DNA of 64,000 nt. Source: Myxococcales bacterium. GTDB lineage: Bacteria > Myxococcota_A > Bradymonadia > REDH01. The stretch covers positions 2,660 to 66,659 of the forward strand of contig JACKDJ010000024.1 in assembly GCA_020633625.1 (NCBI GenBank), in the 5' to 3' direction. Position numbers and translations under genes: made by a program. Numbering within the stretch: position 1 is the first letter of the stretch; every line of letters starts with the position of its first letter. The notes below the pieces were generated by a model, which was given only the letters and a program-made list of their open reading frames with translations, was not told the DNA's origin and searched no databases. Below, in pieces: positions 18,505 to 26,532 of the stretch.

Positions 18505-21453
18505 ATGTCTCGTCCCCGCCGTCTGACGCTTGCCACCCTCTTCGTCGCCGCACCGGTCCTCGCCGCGGGCTGCGGCGGCGACGGCGGCTCTGACACGGAG
18601 CCGGATGCTGCGGTCGACGCGCCGATCAGCGACACCGTCGACGAGACGGCCGAGGACGCCGGGCCAGACGGTGCCGACACCGACGTCGTGGACGAAGGCG
18701 GCGCCGACGCCGACGTCGAAGAAGAGGTGATCCAGACCGGCGAGCTCGGCTGCTCGTCGGAGCCGATCCCGATCGCGGTGACCCCGTCCGCCGGCGCGAC
18801 GGCGACCCTGCCGATCGACAACACGTCGATCTCGGCGTCGGTGCGGTTCCTCGGGCGCGAGGTCACCACTGCGACGACGGTCACGGTCGGATGCGCCGAG
18901 TCGCTGGTCCCCGAGGGTATCATCGCGCTGGGCCCGGCGTTCTCGATCACGTCGGACGGCGCGCCGCGGTTCGAGCGGCGGTACTTCGTCTCAACACCGT
19001 TCGACCTGACGAAGCTGCCGCCCAACGCGCGGCCGAGCGACATCCGCCTCTACCACCGCCGCGCGACGGGGGAGGTCCTCGAGCCGGTCACGGCGAACTT
19101 CCAGGAGAACATGGTCCGCGGGACTGTGCGCTTCGAGTCCGAGATTACGGGCGACTTCCAGCTCGGCGTCGAGCCCGAGGCTGGCACGGCGTACGACCGC
19201 GAGTGGACGTTCCGCGCGGTGACCGGCGTCTCGATGGGCGGCCTGGGCTCGAGCATGATCGGGTTCCGCCACCCGGACTCCTTTGACTTCGTGGGGCCGC
19301 TCGGCGGCCCGGCGGAGTGGGTCTACCTCGCGCACTACATCCGCGATGGCGGCATGGGTGGCTTCGCACCGGCGCCGACCTACGGCGAGGGTGTCCGCTT
19401 CACTCCGACGCAGGAGAGCGAGCACAACATGGCGTTCGACGAGTGGTACTTCCCGACTGGCGAAGGTACCGGCGGCTCGTTCGACCGCGGCAGCTACGCG
19501 GAGATCTTCCTCGACCTGATGATGGCGGTCGGCAACATCGTCACCTACAGCGATGTGAGCCCGTTCCTGCCGCCGGGGCTGCCCTTCGAGGAGGCCACGC
19601 GTCCGGCTTCGGAGCGATGCCCGCGCGGCAACACCTGCCCACCGACGGACCCGTCGTCGACGTTCACCATCGCGAGCGGCTACTACGACGACGAGTTCAA
19701 CCCGACCGGGTCGATGCCTGTCATCGCGTTCTGCGACGGCGAGGGGAGCCGCGACCGGTCAATCCCGTTCGACCGGGCGTGCGACACGGACTTCGACGGC
19801 CAGCCGGACGAGACCAACGAAGGCCTCTACGACGAGCCGTGCGCGCAGAGCCGGCCGGTCGACATTACGCTCGCCGTCGACGTGAACGGCAACGGGATCC
19901 GCGACCCGGGCGAGCCGATCATCCGGAACTTCTACGAGCCGTTCGCGGACGTTGGCGCCGACGGCATCCCCTCCTCCGAGGAGGAGGGATACGACCCGGT
20001 CACCAACCCCGACCCCGCCGGTGACGACTACAACTACGTCGACAACCAGGCCGGCACGGAGGGCAACTGGCTCTACGACGTCGGCGAGCCATTCGAGGAC
20101 TACGGCCTCGATGGCGTCGAAGGGACGCCGCAGCTCGCCGATGGTGGCTACGACTACGGCGAGGGCAACGGCGTGTTCGACTACAACCCGAACCTCCTTC
20201 GCGTGTTCGAAGAGGTGTCGCCCCGCCAGCTCTATGCCGCGATGACACCGGAGCAGCGCCGCAACCTCAACGTCTACCTCGACTCGGGAATCCGCGACCT
20301 GTTCAACTTCGCAGTGGGCGCGAACCAGCTCGCCGGAACGCTCGAACTCTTCGGCGGTAACGTACGGGTCTATGAGGACTTCTTCCGCGTCCAGGACCTC
20401 GACCCCTCCGAAGCCAACGACTACAACTTCACCGCCGTCGACTGGGAGAACCTCGGGCGGAACGTGTACGTCCGCTACGGGAACATCGACGCTGACGAAG
20501 AGGACATCTGCTTCGGCGACGGCAAGCACGTCGGTACCATCCCTCAGCTCGCGAATCGCCTGCTGACGATGCTCGGCTACATCACGAACCGCTTCCCCGA
20601 CGGCGACCGAAACCCGATCTCGTCGCCCTACCCGCTCGCCAGTGGCACGTTCTTCGCCCCCTCGCCGAGCATCGGCGGCGTCATGCGCTACTCGATCGCG
20701 TTCCCGCCTGGATACGAGTGGACCGCCTGCATCGACGGACGGGACAACGACGGGGACGGGCTCCGCGACGGCGAGGACCCTGACTGCCTGTCGGCCGCCA
20801 CGTTGTCGGAGTCTGGCGAGTCCGTCACGCGCTGCACTGACGGCATCGACAACGACGCGGACGGACGGGCCGACGCCGACGACCCGGACTGCGCTAGCGG
20901 TGACGGCACCAGTGAGTGGCCGACCGGCTCGCCCTTCCGCGACTCCACCTTCCCGGTCGTTTACATCCTGCACGGCTACGGACAGACCCCGGACGAGCTC
21001 CAGGTCGCCGCCGTCCCGTTCTCGACGTACATGGCGAGCGGCGACTGGCCGAAGGCGATCCTGGTCTTCCCGGACGGCTACTGCGGCGAGATCGAGGTGA
21101 CCGCGTGCAACGACGGCATCGACAACGACGGCGATGGTGACATCGACGGCGGCGACAGCGGCTGTGGCACCAGCGGCGGCCGAAGCGAGACGGGTGAGCG
21201 CGTCGCGTTCTGCGCAGACGGCGTCGACAACGATCGCGATGGGCTCGCGGACGGAGAAGATGGCGGCTGCCTGTCCGACACGTGGGACAGCGAAGCGAAC
21301 TGCGTGCAGGGCAACTTCTACACCGACCACCTCGCCTACCCGGACGGTGTTCCGGGCGGCCCGGCGTACGAGTCTGCATTCTTCGATCTCATGGAGTACG
21401 TCGACACCAACTATCGAGCGCGCGCGCCCGAGGTGCTGCCGTACCGCCCCTGA
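18505..21453 (+). CDS. large secreted lipoprotein: esterase-family alpha/beta hydrolase with motif order permuted, plus four Cys-bracketed Asp-rich repeats
   Basis: Lipobox LAAGC. Nucleophile elbow GVSMGG at aa 241-246. Oxyanion/strand block FPPGY..FPVVYILHGYG..AILVFPDG at aa about 800-860. Repeats of the form C-x-D-G-x-D-N-D-x-D-G-x-x-D-x-x-D-x-x-C lie at nt 20728-20787, 20833-20892, 21106-21165 and 21211-21270. Confidence 0.8.
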   Translation: MSRPRRLTLATLFVAAPVLAAGCGGDGGSDTEPDAAVDAPISDTVDETAEDAGPDGADTDVVDEGGADADVEEEVIQTGELGCSSEPIPIAVTPSAGATATLPIDNTSISASVRFLGREVTTATTVTVGCAESLVPEGIIALGPAFSITSDGAPRFERRYFVSTPFDLTKLPPNARPSDIRLYHRRATGEVLEPVTANFQENMVRGTVRFESEITGDFQLGVEPEAGTAYDREWTFRAVTGVSMGGLGSSMIGFRHPDSFDFVGPLGGPAEWVYLAHYIRDGGMGGFAPAPTYGEGVRFTPTQESEHNMAFDEWYFPTGEGTGGSFDRGSYAEIFLDLMMAVGNIVTYSDVSPFLPPGLPFEEATRPASERCPRGNTCPPTDPSSTFTIASGYYDDEFNPTGSMPVIAFCDGEGSRDRSIPFDRACDTDFDGQPDETNEGLYDEPCAQSRPVDITLAVDVNGNGIRDPGEPIIRNFYEPFADVGADGIPSSEEEGYDPVTNPDPAGDDYNYVDNQAGTEGNWLYDVGEPFEDYGLDGVEGTPQLADGGYDYGEGNGVFDYNPNLLRVFEEVSPRQLYAAMTPEQRRNLNVYLDSGIRDLFNFAVGANQLAGTLELFGGNVRVYEDFFRVQDLDPSEANDYNFTAVDWENLGRNVYVRYGNIDADEEDICFGDGKHVGTIPQLANRLLTMLGYITNRFPDGDRNPISSPYPLASGTFFAPSPSIGGVMRYSIAFPPGYEWTACIDGRDNDGDGLRDGEDPDCLSAATLSESGESVTRCTDGIDNDADGRADADDPDCASGDGTSEWPTGSPFRDSTFPVVYILHGYGQTPDELQVAAVPFSTYMASGDWPKAILVFPDGYCGEIEVTACNDGIDNDGDGDIDGGDSGCGTSGGRSETGERVAFCADGVDNDRDGLADGEDGGCLSDTWDSEANCVQGNFYTDHLAYPDGVPGGPAYESAFFDLMEYVDTNYRARAPEVLPYRP

Positions 21454-21537
21454 TTCGCGCCACCAGCCACGGTTCTAGCGTCTGCTTGGCCGTCGCCTGC
21501 GCCGGTGTTAGACTCCATCGGCCCAAGTAGACGCGAG

Positions 21538-22593
21538 ATGCCCGAAGCAGTCCTCATCCTCGAGACCGAGCACGCGCTAGAGCTTCAGCTCAACGACGTG
21601 CTCTCGGCTTCCGGCCTCGAGGTCTACGCGGCCGACTCGCTGCAAGCCGTACTCAAGGCGCTGGACGCGACGCCGTTTCCGCTCGTGGTCGTCGACCTCG
21701 AGGCGCCGGGGTTCGACATCGAGACCGTCGTCACGGCCGCGATCGCACGACAGCCCGACGCCGCCGTGATCCTCACCGGCCGGTCGTGTACGGCGAGCGA
21801 CGCCATCGAGATGATGCGCGCCGGCGCGTTCGACTTCGTACCGAAGCCGTTCGACCCGACGACGCTCCTCACGCGCGTCCGCGCGGCACTAGAGCGCCGC
21901 AGACGCTACCGCGCTCGCCTCAAGAACCTCGAGCGTCGCGCGCGCAGCGCAGAGTCTGCAGCGCGCGAGGCCGCCGTCGGTAGCGGCGCAGACCTCACGC
22001 GAGCGGCACGAGCCGCCGACTTCGCCGACTTCGCACTCGAGCAGTTTCTCGCGATCGAACGCTCGAACATGGAGCTGCAGCGCAAGCTCCGCGCCCTGCA
22101 GGAGCCCGACAGCGGCTCGTCGCGAGCGCCGGTTGCGACGTGGATCGTCGTCACCGACCCCGAGTTCGCTGCAGGGGTCGCGTCGCTCGGGCCTCGACTC
22201 CGCCTCGAGATCGGGCCACCGATGTCGACCGGCGGCGAGATCCTAGACAAGATCAGCGGCCACCCGCCCGGCATCATCGTCCTGGACGACGCCACCCCAG
22301 ACATCCCCACGTCGCTCGTCGTCGAGACCGTGCGCGGCGAGTACCCCGACGTTCAGCTCGTCATCGTCGACGGCTGGGGCACGACCGCACGAGCCGTTCG
22401 ACTCACGTCCGGAGCGGGCGGCGAACAGCGCCGCCCGATGGAGACGGTGCAGGACCTTATCGACGTCTTGGAGGTCGCCGCCGGCCGCGCCAGCGAGGCG
22501 TCAGACGGCCGCGGGTTCGCCGCCGAGTTCCGCCAGCGCCACGACGAGTTCCTGCGGCGCGTGGCCGAACTCAAGCGGTCCGCGTCGGTCTGA
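21538..22593 (+). CDS. response-regulator-like protein with two receiver-type domains and no recognisable output domain
   Basis: First domain: AVLILETEH..., PLVVVDLEAPG, AVILTGR, DFVPKPF (Asp, Thr and Lys positions present). A coiled-coil linker follows. The second receiver-like segment is IVVTDPE...IIVLDDATPD...LVIVDG. ATG 21538 is preferred over GTG 21505. Confidence 0.65.
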   Translation: MPEAVLILETEHALELQLNDVLSASGLEVYAADSLQAVLKALDATPFPLVVVDLEAPGFDIETVVTAAIARQPDAAVILTGRSCTASDAIEMMRAGAFDFVPKPFDPTTLLTRVRAALERRRRYRARLKNLERRARSAESAAREAAVGSGADLTRAARAADFADFALEQFLAIERSNMELQRKLRALQEPDSGSSRAPVATWIVVTDPEFAAGVASLGPRLRLEIGPPMSTGGEILDKISGHPPGIIVLDDATPDIPTSLVVETVRGEYPDVQLVIVDGWGTTARAVRLTSGAGGEQRRPMETVQDLIDVLEVAAGRASEASDGRGFAAEFRQRHDEFLRRVAELKRSASV

Positions 22594-22602
22594 ACGGAGG
22601 CC

Positions 22603-22630
22603 CGAGCCGGAGCGCCGGACGCCCGGCTCG
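22603..22630. terminator. hairpin between convergent genes (response regulator / hpt)
   Basis: CGAGCCGG-A-GCG / CCGGA loop / CGC-CCGGCTCG, about 11 bp with one bulge. Confidence 0.35.
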
Positions 22631-22660
22631 CGAGCTCGCCGCCTGTTCTTTCCCGAGCGG

Positions 22661-23206
22661 CTAGCCGAGCGAAGGCACCTCTTCGAGCACGCCGACGAAC
22701 GGGAGGTTTCGGAAGTACTGCTCGTAGTCGAGCCCGTAGCCGACCACGAATGCGTCCGGAATCTCGAATCCGACGTACCGAAGGCTCACGGGTGTTCGCC
22801 GACGCGACGGCTTGTCGAGCAGCGTGACGACCTCGATCGATGACGGCTTTCGAGCCGACAGCGCCTCGAGCAGGTAGGCCATCGTGAGCCCCGTATCGAC
22901 GATGTCCTCGACGAGAAGCACGTCGCGGCCCTCGATGGCGCCGCGCAGATCGGCCGTGAACCGGACCTCCCCGCTCGAGCTGGTCCCCTCGTAGGACTCC
23001 ACAGCCAGATAGTCGCAGCGCGTAGGGATCGTGACCGCGCGCAGGAGGTCCGCGAAGAAGACGAGGGACCCCTTGAGGATGCAGACGAGGACGACGTCGC
23101 GTCCCCGGTAGTCTTCGCTGAGCTGGGCGCCGAGCGCTGCGACCCGGGCAGCGATGGCGTCGGCTGACAGGAGAACAGAGACGCGAGGGCTCTCGATCGT
23201 GCTCAT
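22661..23206 (-). CDS. hpt: hypoxanthine(-guanine) phosphoribosyltransferase
   Basis: The last 181 aa of ORF 22661..23824 carry VLVCILKGSLVFFADL, the PRPP loop VLLVEDIVDTGLT and DAFVVGYGLDY. Confidence 0.9.
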   Translation of the reverse strand: MSTIESPRVSVLLSADAIAARVAALGAQLSEDYRGRDVVLVCILKGSLVFFADLLRAVTIPTRCDYLAVESYEGTSSSGEVRFTADLRGAIEGRDVLLVEDIVDTGLTMAYLLEALSARKPSSIEVVTLLDKPSRRRTPVSLRYVGFEIPDAFVVGYGLDYEQYFRNLPFVGVLEEVPSLG

Positions 23207-23208
23207 GA

Positions 23209-24024
23209 CTACACCCACGAGTTGTTCATCAGCTCGCCGAACCCACCGCCACCGGGGACGATGTAGTCCGTCGCGTTCAGTCCGTTCTCGTCGTCCCACC
23301 GTGCGCCCAGCGACGTCGCGAGCACGTCGGTGGCAGACTCGCCGCGGTCGACCCGTAGCGCGAAGATGTGCGCCTCGGGGTGGTCGGCCGCGAGCGTGCG
23401 GATGAACTGCGGCGTGACGATGAGGTTGAGCGTCGCGAGCAGGCGTGGCGCCGCGCCGAAGTTCTCCTTGTAGTAGGAGATCGCGGCCGACAGCGACCCG
23501 CCGGTCGCGCCCATCGGATCGGGGAACAGCACGCAGCGGTCGTCGATCGGGCCGCCGATCTTCGTACCGGAGATGTCGGCACCGATGACGCGACCGTCTT
23601 CGGCGACGCGGCGCGACATGATCAGGTGGTCCTGGCGGACGCCGCTCGGGTCGAAGACCGTGTTGGCGATGTCGAAACAGATCTGAGACGGCAAGATGCC
23701 GGCGCGCGCGACGTCGACGCAGACGACTCGCGTCGTCGGGTCGATGACGGCCCCGCGGAAGATCCCGTTCGGCGTGTACGCGTGCATCCGCGTCTCGCTC
23801 TCGACGACGGTCGTGGGGAAGCACGTGTTCAGCGCCGCAACCATGAGGTGACGGTAGAGCTGGCCGACGATCGCATTGAACTCTGGCTGCACGACGGCAG
23901 GGCTACAGAGGCGGGCCAGCAGCCCGAGCGCGAACGGGTCGGCCAGGACGTGGACGTTAGGCCCGTACGCGTGTTCCACTGCTTCGACGCGGCCTGCCTG
24001 TGGGCGTTCGTATGCGGTCTCCAT
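23209..24024 (-). CDS. uracil phosphoribosyltransferase-family protein (long form)
   Basis: RAGILP, the PRPP-binding FPDPMGATGGS and C-terminal YIVPGGGGFGE. At 271 aa it is longer than the 208-aa E. coli Upp. Confidence 0.75.
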   Translation of the reverse strand: METAYERPQAGRVEAVEHAYGPNVHVLADPFALGLLARLCSPAVVQPEFNAIVGQLYRHLMVAALNTCFPTTVVESETRMHAYTPNGIFRGAVIDPTTRVVCVDVARAGILPSQICFDIANTVFDPSGVRQDHLIMSRRVAEDGRVIGADISGTKIGGPIDDRCVLFPDPMGATGGSLSAAISYYKENFGAAPRLLATLNLIVTPQFIRTLAADHPEAHIFALRVDRGESATDVLATSLGARWDDENGLNATDYIVPGGGGFGELMNNSWV

Positions 24025-24054
24025 GCTCGCTCGTTGGCTGCGCGTGGCGTTGTG

Positions 24055-26421
24055 TCAGGTGCCGGGGACGCGAACGGCGAGAGTCTGCGCGTCGTCGATG
24101 TGAACGCGGACGTCGCGCCGGTCGCCCGATCGGACGAAGCTGACCGTTCGATCCCCCGCCTTCAGTGCGAGCGGCGCGTCCGGCTGGATTGGCGTGACGA
24201 GGCCCGTGTCGCGTCCGTCGACGAAGACGCGGTACCATGTGTCCGTCGCTGCGACCGTGATGTAGCCAAACGGAACCGGCGCCTCTGTCTCGGTCGTTCC
24301 GAGGCGGGCGAGCCGGGGTCGAAGACGCAGGTCGTAGTAGGTGTCGAAGACGACGGTCTGCGTGTACGGGCGGAAGGAGGGGGTCGGCGGGCGGACCTCG
24401 ACACGATACGGCCGGCGGACGTCGAGGCCAGAGACGACCACCGGCCCGCCCGGGCCCCCGCGCTCGACCCCGTCGACGAGCACGGTCCCGGGCGGGTCGC
24501 TCGCGACCGACACGGTGCCCTCGACGGCACGCAGCTCGACGGTTCGCTCGTAGCGCGCGTTCGGCGTCGCCTGCAGCGAGAGCGTCTCGACGAAGTGACC
24601 GGGGCGAAAGACCTCGATCTCGTGAGGGGTGCCCGCGGTCACGGGCAGCGTCCGCGTGTCGCCCTGCCCGCCCACAAGAGTTCCGTCGAGGTAGACCTGC
24701 GCGCCGGCGTCCGGGAGGTGCAGAATGAGATCGGCCTGGGCGGTCTGCGCCGAGACGAGCCGTCGATGAAACTCGGTGACCGAGCGCTCGCCGACCTCGA
24801 CCTGCTCAACGATGGGCTCATACCCGGCGTGTCGGATCTCGACGATACGCGGGGCCGCGCTCAGATGCTCGATGCGCGCCGGGAGGGGACCCTCGACGCG
24901 CACGCCGTCGAGGAAGACCTCGGTCCCATCGCGCGGGTCGGCGTCGATCGTGAGCACCCCCGTCGGAGTCGCCGCACGCCGCGCTGCGAGTGCGCCGACC
25001 ACGGCGACCGCGACGACGAACGCGACCGCGAGCGGCGCGATGAGACGGGAGCGGGGCGCGCGCTCGGCGCGGCGAGGGAGTTCGAGCGGCGGCGACGTCA
25101 GCGGGGCGGGCGCCGCGAGGTCGGCCATCGGGTCGTCGACGACGATGTTGAGCTCGTCGTCGTCGACGAAGACGGAGACCGCGGGACCGCTCGCCGCCGG
25201 AAGACCGCTCTCCACGCTCTCGAGTCGCGCCTCGAGAGCGCCGGCGGGACCCGCGGCGAGCACCTCGCCGTCACTACCCTCGACGACTCGCGTCGCCTCC
25301 TCGGCGTCTTCGTCGAGGCCGGGGTCGAGACGAGCGCCGCTCGGGTCGACCTCGGGGTGCTCCTTGTAGTGCCGGTGGACGTCGTCGACCGTGACGAACC
25401 GAGCGAAGAGATCGGTCTTCTCGCGCTCGGTCTCCAGCTCGGTCGCGAAGTTCCTGCACATCCAGGTGCCGAGCCGCTCCTGCCCGTAGTCCGGCGCGGC
25501 GGTCGCAAGGAACGCGCGCAGGTCGGCGGCCATCTCGCTCGCCCACGCGTACCGCTCGTCGCGGTCGCGCGTCAGCGCGCGCAGGACGATCCGATCGATC
25601 TCCTGGGGGACGTTGGCGTTCCTGCTGCTAGGCGGCTCGATCGTCGCGGACCGCACCTTCTCGAGCGTCGCGAAGTCGGAGTCTCCGTAAAAGAGGCGGC
25701 GCGCGGTCAGCATCTCCCAGAGCAGCGTGCCGACCGCGAAGATGTCGCTGCGGTGGTCGAGCGGGAGTGCGTCGACCTGCTCGGGCGACATGTAGCCGAA
25801 CTTCCCCTTGAGGACGCCGACCTGGGTGGTCTGGTTGGTCGTCGCCGCGCGGGCGATGCCGAAGTCGATCAGCTTCACCTCGCCCTCGTAGCTAACGAGG
25901 ACGTTCTGCGGGCTGATGTCGCGGTGGATGATGTTCAGCGGCTGCCCGTCGTCGCTCACCTTGCGGTGGGCGTAGTCGAGGCCCTCGCAGACCTCGGCCG
26001 CGATGAACGCCGCCTGAACGACGCTCATGATCTTCTTCCGCTTGCGGAACCAGTTCTGGAGGGCGAGCACGTCGCGGCCCGCGATGTACTCCATGACGAT
26101 GTAGAAGGATCCCTCGAGCCGCCCGAGCTCGTAGATCTGACAGACGGCGCGATGGTTGAGCTGAACCGCGATCTTCGCCTCGTCGACGAACATCGAGATG
26201 AACTCGGAGTCCGCGGCGAGATTCGGGAGAATGCGCTTCAGAGCTAGAAATCGCTTGAAGCCTGGCGCGTTGAAAGGACGCGCCCGATACACCTCCGCCA
26301 TGCCGCCGATGCTGACTCGCTCCAGCAGGCAGTGCTTGCCGAAGATGATGGGCCGAAGCGTCTGCAAGTCGTCGCCGAGAGGTCGGAGCGGACTGAGGCG
26401 GCGGGCTGCCGCGAGCCGCAA
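24055..26421 (-). CDS. Hanks-type Ser/Thr protein kinase with TM segment and C-terminal PEGA-like repeats
   Basis: GGMAEVYRA...LALKRI, HRDISPQNVL, DFGIA, GYMSPEQ. TM helix LIAPLAVAFVVAVAVVGALAA. Four beta-sandwich repeats follow (EVFLDGVRVEG, QVYLDGTLVGG, VLVDGVERGG, RVFVDGRDTGL). The TTG start is uncertain. Confidence 0.85.
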   Translation of the reverse strand: MRLAAARRLSPLRPLGDDLQTLRPIIFGKHCLLERVSIGGMAEVYRARPFNAPGFKRFLALKRILPNLAADSEFISMFVDEAKIAVQLNHRAVCQIYELGRLEGSFYIVMEYIAGRDVLALQNWFRKRKKIMSVVQAAFIAAEVCEGLDYAHRKVSDDGQPLNIIHRDISPQNVLVSYEGEVKLIDFGIARAATTNQTTQVGVLKGKFGYMSPEQVDALPLDHRSDIFAVGTLLWEMLTARRLFYGDSDFATLEKVRSATIEPPSSRNANVPQEIDRIVLRALTRDRDERYAWASEMAADLRAFLATAAPDYGQERLGTWMCRNFATELETEREKTDLFARFVTVDDVHRHYKEHPEVDPSGARLDPGLDEDAEEATRVVEGSDGEVLAAGPAGALEARLESVESGLPAASGPAVSVFVDDDELNIVVDDPMADLAAPAPLTSPPLELPRRAERAPRSRLIAPLAVAFVVAVAVVGALAARRAATPTGVLTIDADPRDGTEVFLDGVRVEGPLPARIEHLSAAPRIVEIRHAGYEPIVEQVEVGERSVTEFHRRLVSAQTAQADLILHLPDAGAQVYLDGTLVGGQGDTRTLPVTAGTPHEIEVFRPGHFVETLSLQATPNARYERTVELRAVEGTVSVASDPPGTVLVDGVERGGPGGPVVVSGLDVRRPYRVEVRPPTPSFRPYTQTVVFDTYYDLRLRPRLARLGTTETEAPVPFGYITVAATDTWYRVFVDGRDTGLVTPIQPDAPLALKAGDRTVSFVRSGDRRDVRVHIDDAQTLAVRVPGT

Positions 26422-26479
26422 GACAGTAGCCCGGCGTGACGAGGCGCGTCAAACGGCTCGTCGCGCCCTCCGGCCGGCC

Positions 26480-26508
26480 TTGACCGCGCGTCGCCAGACC
26501 CGCACAAT
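26480..26508 (+). promoter_or_regulatory. candidate sigma70-type promoter for the FHA/ATPase-like gene
   Basis: TTGACC-N17-CACAAT ends about 25 nt upstream of ATG 26533. This is pattern match only. Confidence 0.3.
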
Positions 26509-26532
26509 CACGCCGGACCCAACTGGCGAACC

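Noticed and set aside
23368-26247. 959-aa plus-strand ORF, the longest in the track.
   Set aside because: It lies antisense to the well-supported PEGA Ser/Thr kinase, UPRTase and hpt genes. Its composition is dominated by R, D, A, G, V and E with no motifs. It is a typical high-GC shadow ORF.
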